A stretch of 61,707 nucleotides of DNA. Source: a virus. Of this stretch, positions 37,245-45,780 are shown one piece after another (the first letter of the stretch is position 1; every line of letters begins with the position of its first letter). The position numbers and the translations under genes were made by a program. The stretch spans positions 1 through 61,707 of IMG/VR virus record IMGVR_UViG_3300031673_000039. One strand, written 5' to 3'. The notes beneath the pieces were generated by a model. The model saw nothing but the letters and a program-made list of their open reading frames with translations, had not been told where the DNA came from and ran no database searches.

Positions 37245-37460
37245 CTTTCAGAGTTTGGTGAGTCTAAAACAGAGATGCCCACTCTGTGCCCACATGAAGT
37301 TTTAAGTTATTGATATTATTGCGGTTGGGGCGGGTTCGAATCCCGCCCTCTCCGCCAGATTTTATAATAAAAACAATGAGTTAGACGTTTCAGAGTTTGG
37401 TTAGAGTGGTTAGAGTGGGCTTAGAGTGGGTAGTGTTGCCCACTTTGATGCCCACATTTT
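37245..37460 (+). promoter_or_regulatory. attP-like region: tRNA 3' fragment flanked by imperfect direct repeats and arm-type repeat candidates
   Basis: TTTCAGAGTTTGGT at 37246 and 37388. TGCCCACTCTGTGCCCACAT (37276-37295) versus TGCCCACTTTGATGCCCACAT (37437-37457). TTAGAGTGG x3 at 37401-37429. Adjacent to the integrase. Confidence 0.6.
37321..37357 (+). other. 3' fragment of a tRNA-Ser-like gene (probable attP core)
   Basis: GCGGG-TTCGAAT-CCCGC T-arm, then CCTCTCC-G-CCA acceptor 3' strand. No complementary GGAGAGG 5' acceptor, D-arm or anticodon arm upstream. Confidence 0.7.
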
Positions 37461-37635
37461 ATAGTGCGTCATCTTCTTCAGCAGTAGCCCGGCCTTCAGA
37501 AAAGGCGTCAACTACATCGGCGCCAAGTTCCTTCTCCAGTCCCCACATGAACAGGGCCACTCGGCTACTGTCCCAATCCTCATAATACGAGTCCAGTCCC
37601 CACTGAAATGCCTTAGCTTGCTCTGGGTTTTTCAT
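37459..37635 (-). CDS. Hypothetical acidic protein (58 aa)
   Basis: AAGGAG RBS before the ATG at 37633-37635. Overlaps the integrase 3' end by 23 nt. Confidence 0.5.
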   Translation of the reverse strand: MKNPEQAKAFQWGLDSYYEDWDSSRVALFMWGLEKELGADVVDAFSEGRATAEEDDAL

Positions 37636-38791
37636 TTTTGATCTCCTTAGTTTGAGTAAACATTTCAACCGCCTTCATTCCTGCGTTCGGTTGCGCGTCA
37701 GGTATCCACTTCCCGTAAACTTTCGCGATCATGGTCCAGTCGGAGTGCCCCATCTGAGCAGCCACCCACATCGGCGACTCGCCGGCGGTCAGCATCCTGC
37801 TGGCGTAGGTATGGCGAGTCTGGTAAGGGTTGCGGTAGCGCACTCCTGCCCTGCGTAATGCAGGAAGCCACGTTCCTTGGCGCAGGGCGTTGTCTCCGGG
37901 CCAGGGCTTGTCGGTCCGAGGATTGTGGAAGATGTGCTGGTTAGCTAGGGCAGTGAACTGCTTCTGACGTGTTAGGGCCTCGAGTGCAGCCGGGAGCAGC
38001 TTGACGTCACGCAGACCTGCGTGCGTTTTAGGCTCTTCCGGATCGTCGGCTGCCTGAGTCAGTGCCCGCTGTACACGTACACTGCCCTTCAGCCAGTCTA
38101 CGTCGCCCCATTCGAGGGCTACCAGTTCGGACGTGCGCAGGCCTGTCCAGAAGGCAAACTGGAATAGGTTGGCGGTTTGCCCCTCCAGCTGTTCAAGAAT
38201 CAGGGACTGTTCGGCAGTAGTGAAAGGGTCAATGTGGCGTTTGGTCTTCACGGGGTTGCGCCGGGTGTACTTCCAGCCGAACAACGGATTGCTCTCAAGC
38301 AGTTCTTCCATTACAGCATCCTGCAGGGCAGCACGCAGCAGGCTCTGCATGTTGGTGAGGGTCTTGTTGGATACTTCCTTGGTCTCGAACCACTCCCGCA
38401 GGGCGGTGCGTTTCAACTCGGGCAAGGCCGTGGCGCCGAAAGGCGGGATGAGGAGGTGGAGTATCTTGCGGTAGCCGTCCCAGGTGCTGGTCTTGAGGCG
38501 GGGCTTCTGCTGCGCCAACCAGGTGTTGAGGTAGTCCTCAACAGTCAGGGCCGTGGCTGTTGGTGCGAACTTGGCGGCGCGCTTGCTGTTTGGGAAGGTT
38601 GCGGCGTAATTGAAGGTACCCTTGCTGATGGCGTCGAGGATGAGCGCCCTGTGCTGCTGGGCGCGCTTCAGATTAGCGGTCGTGGGCTCGAGCTGAATGG
38701 GCTCGCGGCAGCGTTCATTCTGATGGGTGAAAGTGATGCGGATCGTCGTTGCACTGAAGGCTTCGACACCGGTACTGAAGAGCTTGCCCAT
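37613..38791 (-). CDS. int: Tyrosine recombinase / phage integrase
   Basis: Box I TGLRTSELVAL. HxxR in RHTYASRML. GHSDWTMIAKVYGKW holds the catalytic Tyr. 392 aa, next to the tRNA fragment. Confidence 0.95.
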   Translation of the reverse strand: MGKLFSTGVEAFSATTIRITFTHQNERCREPIQLEPTTANLKRAQQHRALILDAISKGTFNYAATFPNSKRAAKFAPTATALTVEDYLNTWLAQQKPRLKTSTWDGYRKILHLLIPPFGATALPELKRTALREWFETKEVSNKTLTNMQSLLRAALQDAVMEELLESNPLFGWKYTRRNPVKTKRHIDPFTTAEQSLILEQLEGQTANLFQFAFWTGLRTSELVALEWGDVDWLKGSVRVQRALTQAADDPEEPKTHAGLRDVKLLPAALEALTRQKQFTALANQHIFHNPRTDKPWPGDNALRQGTWLPALRRAGVRYRNPYQTRHTYASRMLTAGESPMWVAAQMGHSDWTMIAKVYGKWIPDAQPNAGMKAVEMFTQTKEIKNEKPRAS

Positions 38792-38949
38792 GAGTTGTAC
38801 CCCTCGACGGAAATGAGAATGCGGCCGTCGGGCGCGCGAACAAATACCTGATTCTCGAGCCAGACGAAGTCGCGTATTTTAGCCTTGATGGCGGCTTCAG
38901 TATAGCCGGTTTGCTCGGCGGCTTTCTTGATGGTTAGGTAGTGGATCAC
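38668..38949 (-). CDS. Excisionase-like DNA-binding protein (tentative)
   Basis: GTG at 38949 (GTGA overlap with the upstream micro-ORF). VIHYLTIKKAAEQTGYTEAAIKAKIRDFVW is HTH/winged-helix-like. Directly upstream of int and overlapping it by 124 nt. Confidence 0.45.
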   Translation of the reverse strand: MIHYLTIKKAAEQTGYTEAAIKAKIRDFVWLENQVFVRAPDGRILISVEGYNSWASSSVPVSKPSVQRRSASLSPIRMNAAASPFSSSPRPLI

Positions 38950-39071
38950 GAGGCGAACCTTTCTTCCACCAGTATCCAGGCATTCTTGTCGGCGATGTCC
39001 AGGGAGTCCCAATCATCCACCTCTATTCCTTGATCCAGCATTGCTTTCACGTATATCTCGTAGGCGCTCAT
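38946..39071 (-). CDS. Micro-ORF (41 aa, acidic)
   Basis: ATGA overlap with the stop of 39068..39319 and TGA/GTG overlap with the Xis-like start. MSAYEIYVKAMLDQGIEVDDWDSLDIADKNAWILVEERFAS. Confidence 0.35.
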   Translation of the reverse strand: MSAYEIYVKAMLDQGIEVDDWDSLDIADKNAWILVEERFAS

Positions 39072-39319
39072 TCGAACTCCTCACCCACAACAAAACCCTT
39101 CTCACGTAGGCATGCGATGACTTCTTTAGGTAGTTGGCACACGCCATCGTAGTCGATCAGGTGGAGCTTGTTGTCACTTTCGTCGCGTTCGAACCACAAC
39201 CCTCCACCGCTTTCGTCGCCGAGCGTGTTGTGCTCGAAGTAGCCATACCATTCAGATGAATCAAAAACCACTTCGTAGTGAGGGGTTTGAACAACAAGGT
39301 TGAAGCGATATTCAGTCAT
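39068..39319 (-). CDS. Hypothetical protein (83 aa)
   Basis: Start taken at MTEYRFNLVV, overlapping the upstream stop. Confidence 0.55.
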   Translation of the reverse strand: MTEYRFNLVVQTPHYEVVFDSSEWYGYFEHNTLGDESGGGLWFERDESDNKLHLIDYDGVCQLPKEVIACLREKGFVVGEEFE

Positions 39320-39512
39320 AATCAGCCTCGTCGTCCAGTTCGGTAATGTCGATTCGGATAAGTTCTTCACCATCATCAGACATCACTTCGAACACCGTGG
39401 CGATGCTTTCAGGGTCGCGCTGAATGGCCAGCGCATGGCGTGCTGCTTGTTCAGGACCACCCGCTTCAATGTCGATGGTCCATCCCACTCTGTATCTGTT
39501 CACGGTTTCCAC
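39312..39512 (-). CDS. Hypothetical acidic protein (66 aa)
   Basis: GTG at 39512, 6 nt after AAGGAAG. Confidence 0.5.
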   Translation of the reverse strand: METVNRYRVGWTIDIEAGGPEQAARHALAIQRDPESIATVFEVMSDDGEELIRIDITELDDEADYD

Positions 39513-39778
39513 GGTGTTCTTCCTTTTGCTTTGGCGATGGCGGCGCGTATTTCGTCGCACTGGTCTTGCTGTAGGTCAACACCGCTTCTGCGGAGTACGT
39601 TTTCCAGTGCGACCAGCAGGTCGGGGGCTGCGGCGATAAGGTGCGCGTTTGCCAGGCCCTCTGCCTCCTCGTTTGCCCCGTGCCCTGGGTACTGCACTAT
39701 TGCAATGCACTCACTAAACTGAGTCGCAATTATTTCTGTGTCCCTTGTCGTCCACGGGCCTGGTGTGTACTTAGCCAT
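39500..39778 (-). CDS. Hypothetical protein (92 aa)
   Basis: MAKYTPGPWTT... start with a GAGGATG RBS. Confidence 0.55.
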   Translation of the reverse strand: MAKYTPGPWTTRDTEIIATQFSECIAIVQYPGHGANEEAEGLANAHLIAAAPDLLVALENVLRRSGVDLQQDQCDEIRAAIAKAKGRTPWKP

Positions 39779-39992
39779 GTTGAACATCCTCATTGAAGTC
39801 GGCAGCGTTGCTGTTGAAGTCGCATTCCATGCACATCATGTATGAATCGTCGTCCCAAGATGGGCGTGCGTCATCGGTGATAACTGCGACCTCTGTTTCA
39901 AAATCGTCGTGATGCGGCTGAATAAGTAGCCCGAAGACTGTCGCGTTTACCCTCAAGTTCTTGCTTCCACAGTGTGGACATTGCCAGCTCAT
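39771..39992 (-). CDS. Zinc-ribbon protein (73 aa)
   Basis: CPHC...CMEC pairs. GGAGAG RBS. Confidence 0.55.
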   Translation of the reverse strand: MSWQCPHCGSKNLRVNATVFGLLIQPHHDDFETEVAVITDDARPSWDDDSYMMCMECDFNSNAADFNEDVQHG

Positions 39993-40177
39993 AATTCTCT
40001 CCTGAAGTGATTAAGCCGCGCTTACACGGCAGTAGCCTCTTGTCTGATTCCGCGTAGGCTCGCGTTTGAAGGATGCAGCCAGGGCTAAAACAAATTACGT
40101 CGCGAACCCTAGCTGCCTACATGCTCGTTCGGATCAGATACCCCCGAGCGCGCAGCAAATGAATACCCGCGACAACC

Positions 40178-40393
40178 TTACTCAGGGAGAGAATTTTTAG
40201 ACAATGCAGTTACAACGATGCAACTCATAGGAGCATAATGTTCCAGATGAACGCCCTCACTCACGTCATCACGAGTGACGATGAGGTTCTTTCCATCTTC
40301 ACTTGTGTTGAACTTCCAACCATTCAGTTCGGCGTTGGTGTAGTGAAGACCCTCGTTGCCGTTCTGACCGATGATGTCCATGCGGGAGGTCAC
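40178..40393 (-). CDS. Hypothetical protein (71 aa)
   Basis: MDIIGQNGNEGLHY-type N-terminus, common in small phage proteins. ATGA overlap upstream. Confidence 0.55.
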   Translation of the reverse strand: MTSRMDIIGQNGNEGLHYTNAELNGWKFNTSEDGKNLIVTRDDVSEGVHLEHYAPMSCIVVTALSKNSLPE

Positions 40394-40893
40394 GCTGTCG
40401 CCCCCTTCGGCCAGCCCGCCTGCATCAAGTCGGACACCAGGTTGGCAATGGCGGGCAAGCCACTTACGCCTGTGCCGTCACGATCGGCCGGGAGGTACTT
40501 CTCAAATTCTGGCAACACTTCCTTGGCCTTCTTGAGGGTGGAGCACGCACCGATGGCGCCTTCCAAATTGGTCTCGAGTTTGCGCAGCGAGTCGCACTGT
40601 GCGTCGTACAGGCCGGCAAGTTCTTTCAGTTGCGCCTCCGTCTCTGGGGCCTGCTCGCCGTCCGCGTAGGGGGTGGTCAGGCCATGCAATCTGCCTGGCA
40701 TGTTCAACCATCTCTGGCAGGAGATAAAGCCACGCAGGTTGTTGTCCTTCCAGATGTCCTGAATCTTCTGCGGCAGCCGCGCGATGACGTCGGCCATTGC
40801 TACCTTGCGGGCCTGCTCGTTGTAGTCAATCTGCGGTACGTCATCCAGCACGGCGCGCACGAAGGCTTCTTTGTCGAATTTGGTCAGTCTCAT
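40390..40893 (-). CDS. Hypothetical protein (167 aa)
   Basis: Clean ORF coupled (ATGA) to the HU-like gene. Confidence 0.6.
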   Translation of the reverse strand: MRLTKFDKEAFVRAVLDDVPQIDYNEQARKVAMADVIARLPQKIQDIWKDNNLRGFISCQRWLNMPGRLHGLTTPYADGEQAPETEAQLKELAGLYDAQCDSLRKLETNLEGAIGACSTLKKAKEVLPEFEKYLPADRDGTGVSGLPAIANLVSDLMQAGWPKGATA

Positions 40894-41165
40894 TTCATCA
40901 CCGCGTCTTTCAGGGACTTCTTGACGACGAACTTGACCACGGACTTGGCAGCAATCTTGATCTGTTCGCCGGTGCCTGGGTTGCGGCCCATGCGCTCGGG
41001 GCGGTCGACCTTGCGGAAGATGCCGAGGCCGGGGAGCAGGAGTTCGCCGGTGGTGGTGAGTTCGTCCTCGACGTAGCCCTTGTAGGTGTCGAAGACTTGC
41101 TTGATATGCTTGGGGGTGAGGCCGACTTCTTCGGCGATATTGGTGTACAGTTCAGTCTGGTTCAT
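40890..41165 (-). CDS. HU/IHF-family DNA-binding protein
   Basis: 91 aa. MNQTELYTNIAEEVGLTPKHIKQVFD...LPGLGIFRKVDRPERMGRNPGTGEQIKIAAKSVVKF matches the HU/IHF arm signature (RxGRNPxTGexi). Confidence 0.9.
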   Translation of the reverse strand: MNQTELYTNIAEEVGLTPKHIKQVFDTYKGYVEDELTTTGELLLPGLGIFRKVDRPERMGRNPGTGEQIKIAAKSVVKFVVKKSLKDAVMK

Positions 41166-41243
41166 GGTGTTGCCTTTCGTTGGTGGTTGTGAATTAGCGC
41201 CGAGCTTCCATCGGTCTCCGAGTTGCTGACTCTCGCCATCCTG

Positions 41244-41423
41244 TCACGCACCATCGCTGTTCGTGGCACGGTTAATCACAGGGTCGGCAGTGAAAACGTC
41301 GATCCTCTTCTGCATCTCAATCAGCTTGCTTAGCAGGATAATTTCCTTGTCCCGCGCTGTCTTCAGCCTGAACTTGAGCCTGGCGATTTCCTCGCGGAGC
41401 TGATCGTTTCGAGACTGGCTCAT
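41244..41423 (-). CDS. Small coiled-coil protein (59 aa)
   Basis: ATGA overlap with the ligase stop. MSQSRNDQLREEIARLKFRLKTARDKE. Confidence 0.5.
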   Translation of the reverse strand: MSQSRNDQLREEIARLKFRLKTARDKEIILLSKLIEMQKRIDVFTADPVINRATNSDGA

Positions 41424-42289
41424 AGGTCTATCTTGTCTCGCCATCCAAGAAAGACCGGATGGCGTGGAAGGTCTTTAGCGCCGATGGTGAAGTGCTTGAA
41501 CTTAGCGATTTTTCCAAGATGAGCTTCCCGGGATCCCCAGATAGTTGCCCGTTCTTCATCCGTAAATCCAGTACCGATGGAGAACTCGACGTCGCCGAAG
41601 CGACAGTTGAGCGCGCCCAGCGTATTAAGACCCTGCTTCCCGGCCTTGTGCGAGCTGCGCGAGGTACGACCCAACTCGTTCGTGACGGCTTCATTCGCAT
41701 TGTGCATCCTCTCTTCGAACCCAATTACGATTGCTTCAGAGTCTGTGAATCTTTTTAGTTTGAGCAAGTAGCCCTCGTTCACCGTGCTGCGGCCCATCTT
41801 GTAGGGTGCGTTCGGGTCGCGCAGGATTAGCCCTTCGTAGCCTTGGTCGAGGCAGTCGTTCTCGAAGACATCTAGCGCGTAGAGGTCTTCGATGAGCATC
41901 TGCGCATGGAGGACCACGTCAACGCCTTCAGCGACGATGTCTTCACGCCGACGAAAATAGGCGGCGTCCAAGTGCTGAACATGATCGAATGCAAACAGTG
42001 AAACATTTTCAGCGCCTTTGTCATGCGCCATGACGGTACTGAGCGTGTCGCGGTAACAGGTTTTGCTTGTGGGCTCGCCTACGATCAGCTCACCGTCGAG
42101 GTGTTTACAGTAAGCAAATTTAGCCTGCACGGCTTTGTTCGGAATCGGTTTGTTGCTGCGGCTGTAAACCACGCCGCCTCGCACCACGGCGCGAACGCCG
42201 TCGAGTTTGGCTGATGCGAGCAGCGGAAAGCGCAGCTTGGTCAGGTCTGCGTCGGTTGCGAGCATGGGGGCGAAGGGTTTAGTAATCAT
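41420..42289 (-). CDS. ATP-dependent DNA ligase
   Basis: Adenylation motif I SAKLDGVR, motif III LDGELIV, motif IV EGLILR, motif V LLKLKRF. 289 aa. Confidence 0.9.
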   Translation of the reverse strand: MITKPFAPMLATDADLTKLRFPLLASAKLDGVRAVVRGGVVYSRSNKPIPNKAVQAKFAYCKHLDGELIVGEPTSKTCYRDTLSTVMAHDKGAENVSLFAFDHVQHLDAAYFRRREDIVAEGVDVVLHAQMLIEDLYALDVFENDCLDQGYEGLILRDPNAPYKMGRSTVNEGYLLKLKRFTDSEAIVIGFEERMHNANEAVTNELGRTSRSSHKAGKQGLNTLGALNCRFGDVEFSIGTGFTDEERATIWGSREAHLGKIAKFKHFTIGAKDLPRHPVFLGWRDKIDL

Positions 42290-42521
42290 TCGTTTCTTCC
42301 TTCCATTTACATTCGTTGCAATCCCAGCCCCAGAGCACGGCGTTGCCGCCGGATCTGCGGTGGGGACATCCTTTGAGCCACTTTGTCGTCCAGGCTGTGT
42401 GCTGCAGTAGACCTGTGGACTGGTTGATGGCGAAGTTCTGAGCGTTGTCCTGCACCTTCGAGCGGTTCAGGCACTGTGGAACGTGGCCTGGCTTGTTAGT
42501 CGGGATGTACTCAGCGTTCAT
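42279..42521 (-). CDS. Hypothetical Cys/Trp-rich protein (80 aa)
   Basis: ORF overlapping its neighbours by a few nt. Confidence 0.5.
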   Translation of the reverse strand: MNAEYIPTNKPGHVPQCLNRSKVQDNAQNFAINQSTGLLQHTAWTTKWLKGCPHRRSGGNAVLWGWDCNECKWKEETNDY

Positions 42522-42705
42522 TCATCTTTCCTTTCGGTTTGAAGGACTGCCCGAAGTGGTACAGTCCGCAGGCATTGCATTTGTAAGGCCGGCAGCGCGT
42601 GTCCTTGCGGCGCGAGGTCAGGCTCGCCACCTTCGCCGCAGCTGTGTAAGATGGGAAGGCGTGCTTCCCGGCGCAGGCGGCCTCAGTGAAAGTGGTGGCT
42701 GACAT
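42511..42705 (-). CDS. Small zinc-finger-like protein (64 aa)
   Basis: CRPYKCNACGLYH motif. Confidence 0.5.
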   Translation of the reverse strand: MSATTFTEAACAGKHAFPSYTAAAKVASLTSRRKDTRCRPYKCNACGLYHFGQSFKPKGKMNER

Positions 42706-43342
42706 TCTTGACCCCGTTATCCCAGCATGCCCTGCAACTCAGGCACTTGTTTCCTTGGGTCGGCGCGATGCACTCGAAGCCGTGGGGCTCTTTGTGCCGA
42801 TGCACGCTGCTGGTGTGGCTCTGATCTGATCTAGGTTTAGAGTCTATCAGAGAGGTGGACACGCGCACAACCAGATTTTGCGGAAAGTCTCCGAAATGCT
42901 GAGCAAATTCGCGTACCAGGTCGATTTCAGAGGTCGGTAGCCAGAACTTCACCTCGGGCAGGTTGCGTGCCACCTGGACGATGTTGCGCAGATGGAAGGC
43001 GCCTGCCAGGTCGCCAGAGTCGTGCCAGCGGAAGTGTGGGTTCGCCTCTTCACGGATCAGATGGGTGACCGCCTCGACCCAGCGCGGGTGCGTCAGACTC
43101 TGCCAGCGTGTCTCCTGGCTGTCGGTGTGGAACATATGTCGTCCGCGCTTGGCGTAGCACTTCGAGCATACCGAGCCCTCGACGAGGCTTAATTTAGCCC
43201 CGGTGACGCAGCGCGCCACTGGCAGGCTGTAGGAGGGGCACGGCATCTTCGTGGTGTGGCTCAACTTGCCGCAGGTCATCTCGGCTCGATGCACGGTCAT
43301 GCGGGTGTCGAGGAAGTGGATGAGGGAGTGGTCAGTCATACG
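42683..43342 (-). CDS. Conserved-looking Cys-rich hypothetical protein (219 aa)
   Basis: Start at MTDHSLIHF (ATGA overlap with the upstream micro-ORF). Several CxxC pairs (CSKC, CLSCRAC). Confidence 0.6.
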   Translation of the reverse strand, partial: RMTDHSLIHFLDTRMTVHRAEMTCGKLSHTTKMPCPSYSLPVARCVTGAKLSLVEGSVCSKCYAKRGRHMFHTDSQETRWQSLTHPRWVEAVTHLIREEANPHFRWHDSGDLAGAFHLRNIVQVARNLPEVKFWLPTSEIDLVREFAQHFGDFPQNLVVRVSTSLIDSKPRSDQSHTSSVHRHKEPHGFECIAPTQGNKCLSCRACWDNGVKNVSHHFH

Positions 43343-43488
43343 TCCCACCTTCGGAAGGTCAGCCTGTGCGCCCATTCGCGGCCCAGGTCGTAGGCATACC
43401 CTAGACTCCGGTCGTTGTAGTGGGTAGTGAACATGCTGCTGCTGCGGAACTCGCGCATGCCGTTGAAGAAGGCTTTGATGTTTTTCAT
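43339..43488 (-). CDS. Micro-ORF (49 aa)
   Basis: ATGA overlaps at both ends. MKNIKAFFNGMREFRSSSMFTTHYNDRSLGYAYDLGREWAHRLTFRRWDV. Confidence 0.4.
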
Positions 43489-43751
43489 ACAGTATCTTCA
43501 GAAATAGCCAGGTAGAGTTTTGCTCCGGGCAGTTCGTGGTAGCGGGAGACTGCGACATCGTCATTCGCGTCCATCTCGTCGACGAGGGCACCAAGGAAAG
43601 GTGCTTCGTCGTCTTCGAATGCTCCATGGGCTAGTGACTCGCTGACGTCGCAGTCTTGGCTGGCTTTTTCGACAGCTTCTTCTTGCGAATCAGCTTCGAT
43701 GTCCTCCATCCTGATACGCACCACGTTGAACAGGTATACGGTGTATTTCAT
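43485..43751 (-). CDS. Acidic hypothetical protein (88 aa)
   Basis: AGGAGG RBS and ATGA overlap. MKYTVYLFNVVRIRMEDIEADSQEEA... Confidence 0.55.
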   Translation of the reverse strand: MKYTVYLFNVVRIRMEDIEADSQEEAVEKASQDCDVSESLAHGAFEDDEAPFLGALVDEMDANDDVAVSRYHELPGAKLYLAISEDTV

Positions 43752-44314
43752 ACAGCCTCCTGAATAATTTCTGCTTTTTTGATCTGACCACGATTCAATT
43801 GCCAAGTGTAGCCGAAGACATCTTTAGCTATCCAGCCGCGTTGCCCGAGAGATTCCAACAAAGTGAATGTAACGTCGCCAAGCTTGATCTTCATTCCCGG
43901 CTTCAGTTTGGGCCTAGCCTTGGCGTCGTTGATCCGCTTCCAGCACGCTTCGCGCCAGCTGATGGCGTGCTCGTACTCGGTCGGTGTGAGCAGCTTGAGG
44001 ATGCGCTCGGGGCAGTTGGTCTGGTACGGCCCCATGCTCTCGTCCATGTCCTTGTAGCAGAAGTTGTGTCCCCACGAGTCCTCGCGAGAGACACGCACCA
44101 TCGTGATTTTGAACACGGCGGCCCACACCCGGCGCGCGCCGGTCTGCAGGTCGAGCTCCTCGACGGCGGCGTAGTATTCGGTCAGGTTGACCAGCGCGCC
44201 ATCGAGGACGGTGCGCTTGGTGACGGTCTCGTCGCGCCAGCCCAGCACGCCGTGCTGGATGAAGAACTCGGTGAGCGGCTGGCCCTTGGGTTTGTAGGTG
44301 CAGGTTGTTCCCAA
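43748..44314 (-). CDS. Hypothetical protein (188 aa)
   Basis: TTG start 5 nt after AGGAGG. Clean ORF. Confidence 0.6.
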   Translation of the reverse strand: MGTTCTYKPKGQPLTEFFIQHGVLGWRDETVTKRTVLDGALVNLTEYYAAVEELDLQTGARRVWAAVFKITMVRVSREDSWGHNFCYKDMDESMGPYQTNCPERILKLLTPTEYEHAISWREACWKRINDAKARPKLKPGMKIKLGDVTFTLLESLGQRGWIAKDVFGYTWQLNRGQIKKAEIIQEAV

Positions 44315-44323
44315 AATATCCTC

Positions 44324-44599
44324 CTAAAAAGGTAATACTTCGTCGTCAGGGTCGAACTCAAAGTCTTCCCCTGTTTGGTATGAACTGTCGTCTTCGACGC
44401 AAACGGCCTTGTCCGAGGTGTATTTGCACCACTTGCCGCCAAAGCCAGGGTCGATGAACACGACGCCTTCCTTCAGCATGGCGAAGCGAACTTTGAACAT
44501 AGGGTTTCTGCACGCGGGGCACTGGTTGGTATGAATACCGACGAGGCCGGTCAGGTCTTGTTCTTCCCCGCAGTAGCCGCAGATTGGGTAGTCAGGCAT
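44324..44599 (-). CDS. Zinc-ribbon protein (91 aa)
   Basis: CGYC...CPAC. Confidence 0.55.
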   Translation of the reverse strand: MPDYPICGYCGEEQDLTGLVGIHTNQCPACRNPMFKVRFAMLKEGVVFIDPGFGGKWCKYTSDKAVCVEDDSSYQTGEDFEFDPDDEVLPF

Positions 44600-44816
44600 G
44601 ACTTTCCTCGAGCTTAATCATTACGTCGCCGAGCCCGTCGTCCCAGCGGTAGTTCACCTGTTCGTCGGACTCTTGAGTGCCAAAGTCCGTCGGCATTGTC
44701 CAGCGGGCGAAGCGGGCTTGGGCTGAGCTGCGGGCTTCCGGTTCAGTGGCGAAGGCCTGGCTGTTGGTACTCGGCTCGGTTTGCCCGTGGAAATAGAAAG
44801 TTGGTTTCCAGCTCAT
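44592..44816 (-). CDS. Hypothetical protein (74 aa)
   Basis: ORF coupled to its neighbours. Confidence 0.5.
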   Translation of the reverse strand: MSWKPTFYFHGQTEPSTNSQAFATEPEARSSAQARFARWTMPTDFGTQESDEQVNYRWDDGLGDVMIKLEESHA

Positions 44817-45211
44817 GGCACCACCTCTTCATCGTTCAGGTCGCGGATGGCACTGTTGTACCCAGGCAGCGCGATGATCGCGCAGTCCTTGATGGCGATG
44901 AGGAGCTTGTAGGCCCCGCTCTCATCGTAGCCTGGGTGTTCGCAGCTCTGATATTCAAGGCAGTTGCACATCGAGAGGATGTCGAGTGGCGTGAGGGCGT
45001 CGGTTATCACCACCATCTCGTACTTGAAGCCGAGGGTGTCGGCTTCTTTGTTGTAACGGTAGTTGACACTCTCGACGTTGGCGGCATAGAGCAGGGCCGC
45101 CAGGCCTTGCTCGTGGCCGTCGAAATAGTTGCTGCGGAACCAGGCGCGGTGGAGCATGCCGTAGGTGATCAGGGCGTTGATGTGGGTGTTTGAAACCATG
45201 TAGCAGCTCAT
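44813..45211 (-). CDS. Hypothetical protein (132 aa)
   Basis: ORF with ATGA overlaps on both sides. Confidence 0.55.
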   Translation of the reverse strand: MSCYMVSNTHINALITYGMLHRAWFRSNYFDGHEQGLAALLYAANVESVNYRYNKEADTLGFKYEMVVITDALTPLDILSMCNCLEYQSCEHPGYDESGAYKLLIAIKDCAIIALPGYNSAIRDLNDEEVVP

Positions 45212-45780
45212 GCTTTGTCTCCTTCAAAAGGTAGTGATTTTTGCCGGCCTTCCGGCGAGTCGTTCCAGAGGTATTCCATCGACGCTTTGCCTTCTTCCTC
45301 GGCGTGCTCACTGCCGTAGAAGCCCCAGCATGAGTCGAGCGTTTCGCCGTTCTCGTCCTCGACGATATAGCCGTACACGTCGCCGGTCAAGTACTGGTCG
45401 TAGGTCTCGACGTCGCCCTTCATGTAGTTCTCGAGGAAGGTTCGGCGCTCCTTGGTCAGGACTTTCCAACCCCACTCTTTCAGAATGGTCTCGCGGGTCA
45501 GGTAGATGTAGCCGACCTGACCGGAGTCCCAACGATCGTGGAAGCTGGAGGTGCTCATGGTGATGCCACTGTGGTCGTAGAGATACAGAGGCAGGTACAC
45601 CGCCTTTGTCTGCTCGGCCCAGGCGGCGAACTCACCAGGTTCGTTCGGGCAGTCTTGTTTCTTCAGGTCGTCGCCCAGATCGTAGTCTCGGTGCCAGCAC
45701 GCCATGTGCGAGGCGTTGTCGTAAGCGGTGCGGGGGTTTTCTGCATCTTCGTCCTGCTCGATGCGATAGGTGTAAGTCAT
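45208..45780 (-). CDS. Conserved-looking hypothetical protein (190 aa)
   Basis: AAGGAG RBS. MTYTYRIEQDEDAENPR...LPLYLYDHSGITMS...WDSGQVGYIYL resembles a family often found beside antirestriction genes on mobile elements (from memory, unverified). Confidence 0.55.
   Translation of the reverse strand: MTYTYRIEQDEDAENPRTAYDNASHMACWHRDYDLGDDLKKQDCPNEPGEFAAWAEQTKAVYLPLYLYDHSGITMSTSSFHDRWDSGQVGYIYLTRETILKEWGWKVLTKERRTFLENYMKGDVETYDQYLTGDVYGYIVEDENGETLDSCWGFYGSEHAEEEGKASMEYLWNDSPEGRQKSLPFEGDKA

Noticed and set aside
37271-37357. An intact tRNA-Ser gene next to the integrase
   Set aside because: Only the T-arm and 3' acceptor strand are present. Upstream AGAGATGCC resembles a tRNA-Ser 5' end but does not pair with CCTCTCC, and no D or anticodon arm follows. 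It is better explained as an attP core fragment.
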